A stretch of 64,000 nucleotides of DNA. Source: Candidatus Zixiibacteriota bacterium. GTDB lineage: Bacteria; Zixibacteria; MSB-5A5; GN15; JAAZOE01. Below, one piece after another: positions 63,642 to 64,000 of the stretch. Under the pieces are notes generated by a model. That model did not search any database, had not been told where the DNA came from, and saw only the letters and a program-made list of their open reading frames with translations. The translations under genes and the position numbers were made by a program. Each line of letters begins with the position of its first letter. The stretch's first letter is position 1. The DNA lies in contig JBDREQ010000031.1 of assembly GCA_043819555.1 (NCBI GenBank), positions 31,233 through 95,232 of the forward strand. The letters are read 5' to 3'.

Positions 63642-64000
63642 CCAAAAATCAGAACCACTCCCTTCAACAAGCAAATTGAAGGGTTTTGTGTATGTGGGAT
63701 AAAGAGTTAAATCTTTTATTGTGCAGTTCGAAAGTAATTTCCTTAACAGTTTTCCCTGTTCCTCTGTAGTTTGCCTAACATAATGCGAATAAATACCTTG
63801 AGCGAGTTCTAAAAATTCAACACCCTCTTGATAATAATCAGTATTGGCCGTTTCCAATCTCTGAATCTGTAACGAAATTGCATTCTGTTCTGTTATCCAG
63901 TTCTCGTGTTGCTTTTGCCAAAATCCAGTATTTATACGCCCTTCAATCTTATCCAAATAACAATTGTCAAGTTTTTCTTGAAGTCCAGAATGCTTACGTC
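63627..64000 (-). mobile_element. End of an integrative element: C-terminus of a large serine recombinase plus att junction
   Basis: Frame open to the window edge: LQEKLDNCYLDKIEGRI...W..EQ...LELAQ...LLSNC...YTKPFNLL...FWLAIRD. GC drops across the junction (hand counts: 31/60 at 63421-63480, 19/60 at 63661-63720). Confidence 0.75.

Noticed and set aside
62682..63956. Treating the 424-aa ORF as an ordinary ABC permease
   Set aside because: The N-terminal ~105 aa lack TM1, differ in base composition and resemble a recombinase C-terminus; the frame continues past the window edge.

Overview
Bacterial chromosomal window, genetic code 11, from a diderm (kdsB, TolC, FadL, outer-membrane polysaccharide export). 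The gene style is compatible with an FCB-related candidate phylum such as Zixibacteria, but that is inference only. Housekeeping content: mltG, a sigma54 two-component locus, kdsB-pyrG, ino1-tmk-ctpA-ppi, a complete pseudaminic-acid cluster (pseBCFGHI plus a WbuXYZ/PseA-like amidotransferase trio, wzx and an SLBB export protein), yceD-rpmF-plsX-fabHDG-acpP-fabF-rnc, and a MarR-RND efflux operon. Strongest unusual signals: (1) a probable exported thioredoxin-fold/TPR selenoprotein (in-frame UGA in a UxxC motif plus a SECIS-like hairpin) that the ORF track truncates; (2) at the right edge, the C-terminus of a large serine recombinase fused in frame to the 3' three quarters of a MacB-type ABC permease, i.e. 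an element inserted inside a gene; (3) an internally deleted RAYT transposase flanked by inverted REPs, with a third copy of that REP at the breakpoint of a truncated darG; (4) a FadL porin paired with an esterase-fold lipoprotein lacking its catalytic serine. All family assignments come from motif recognition; no database search was run.
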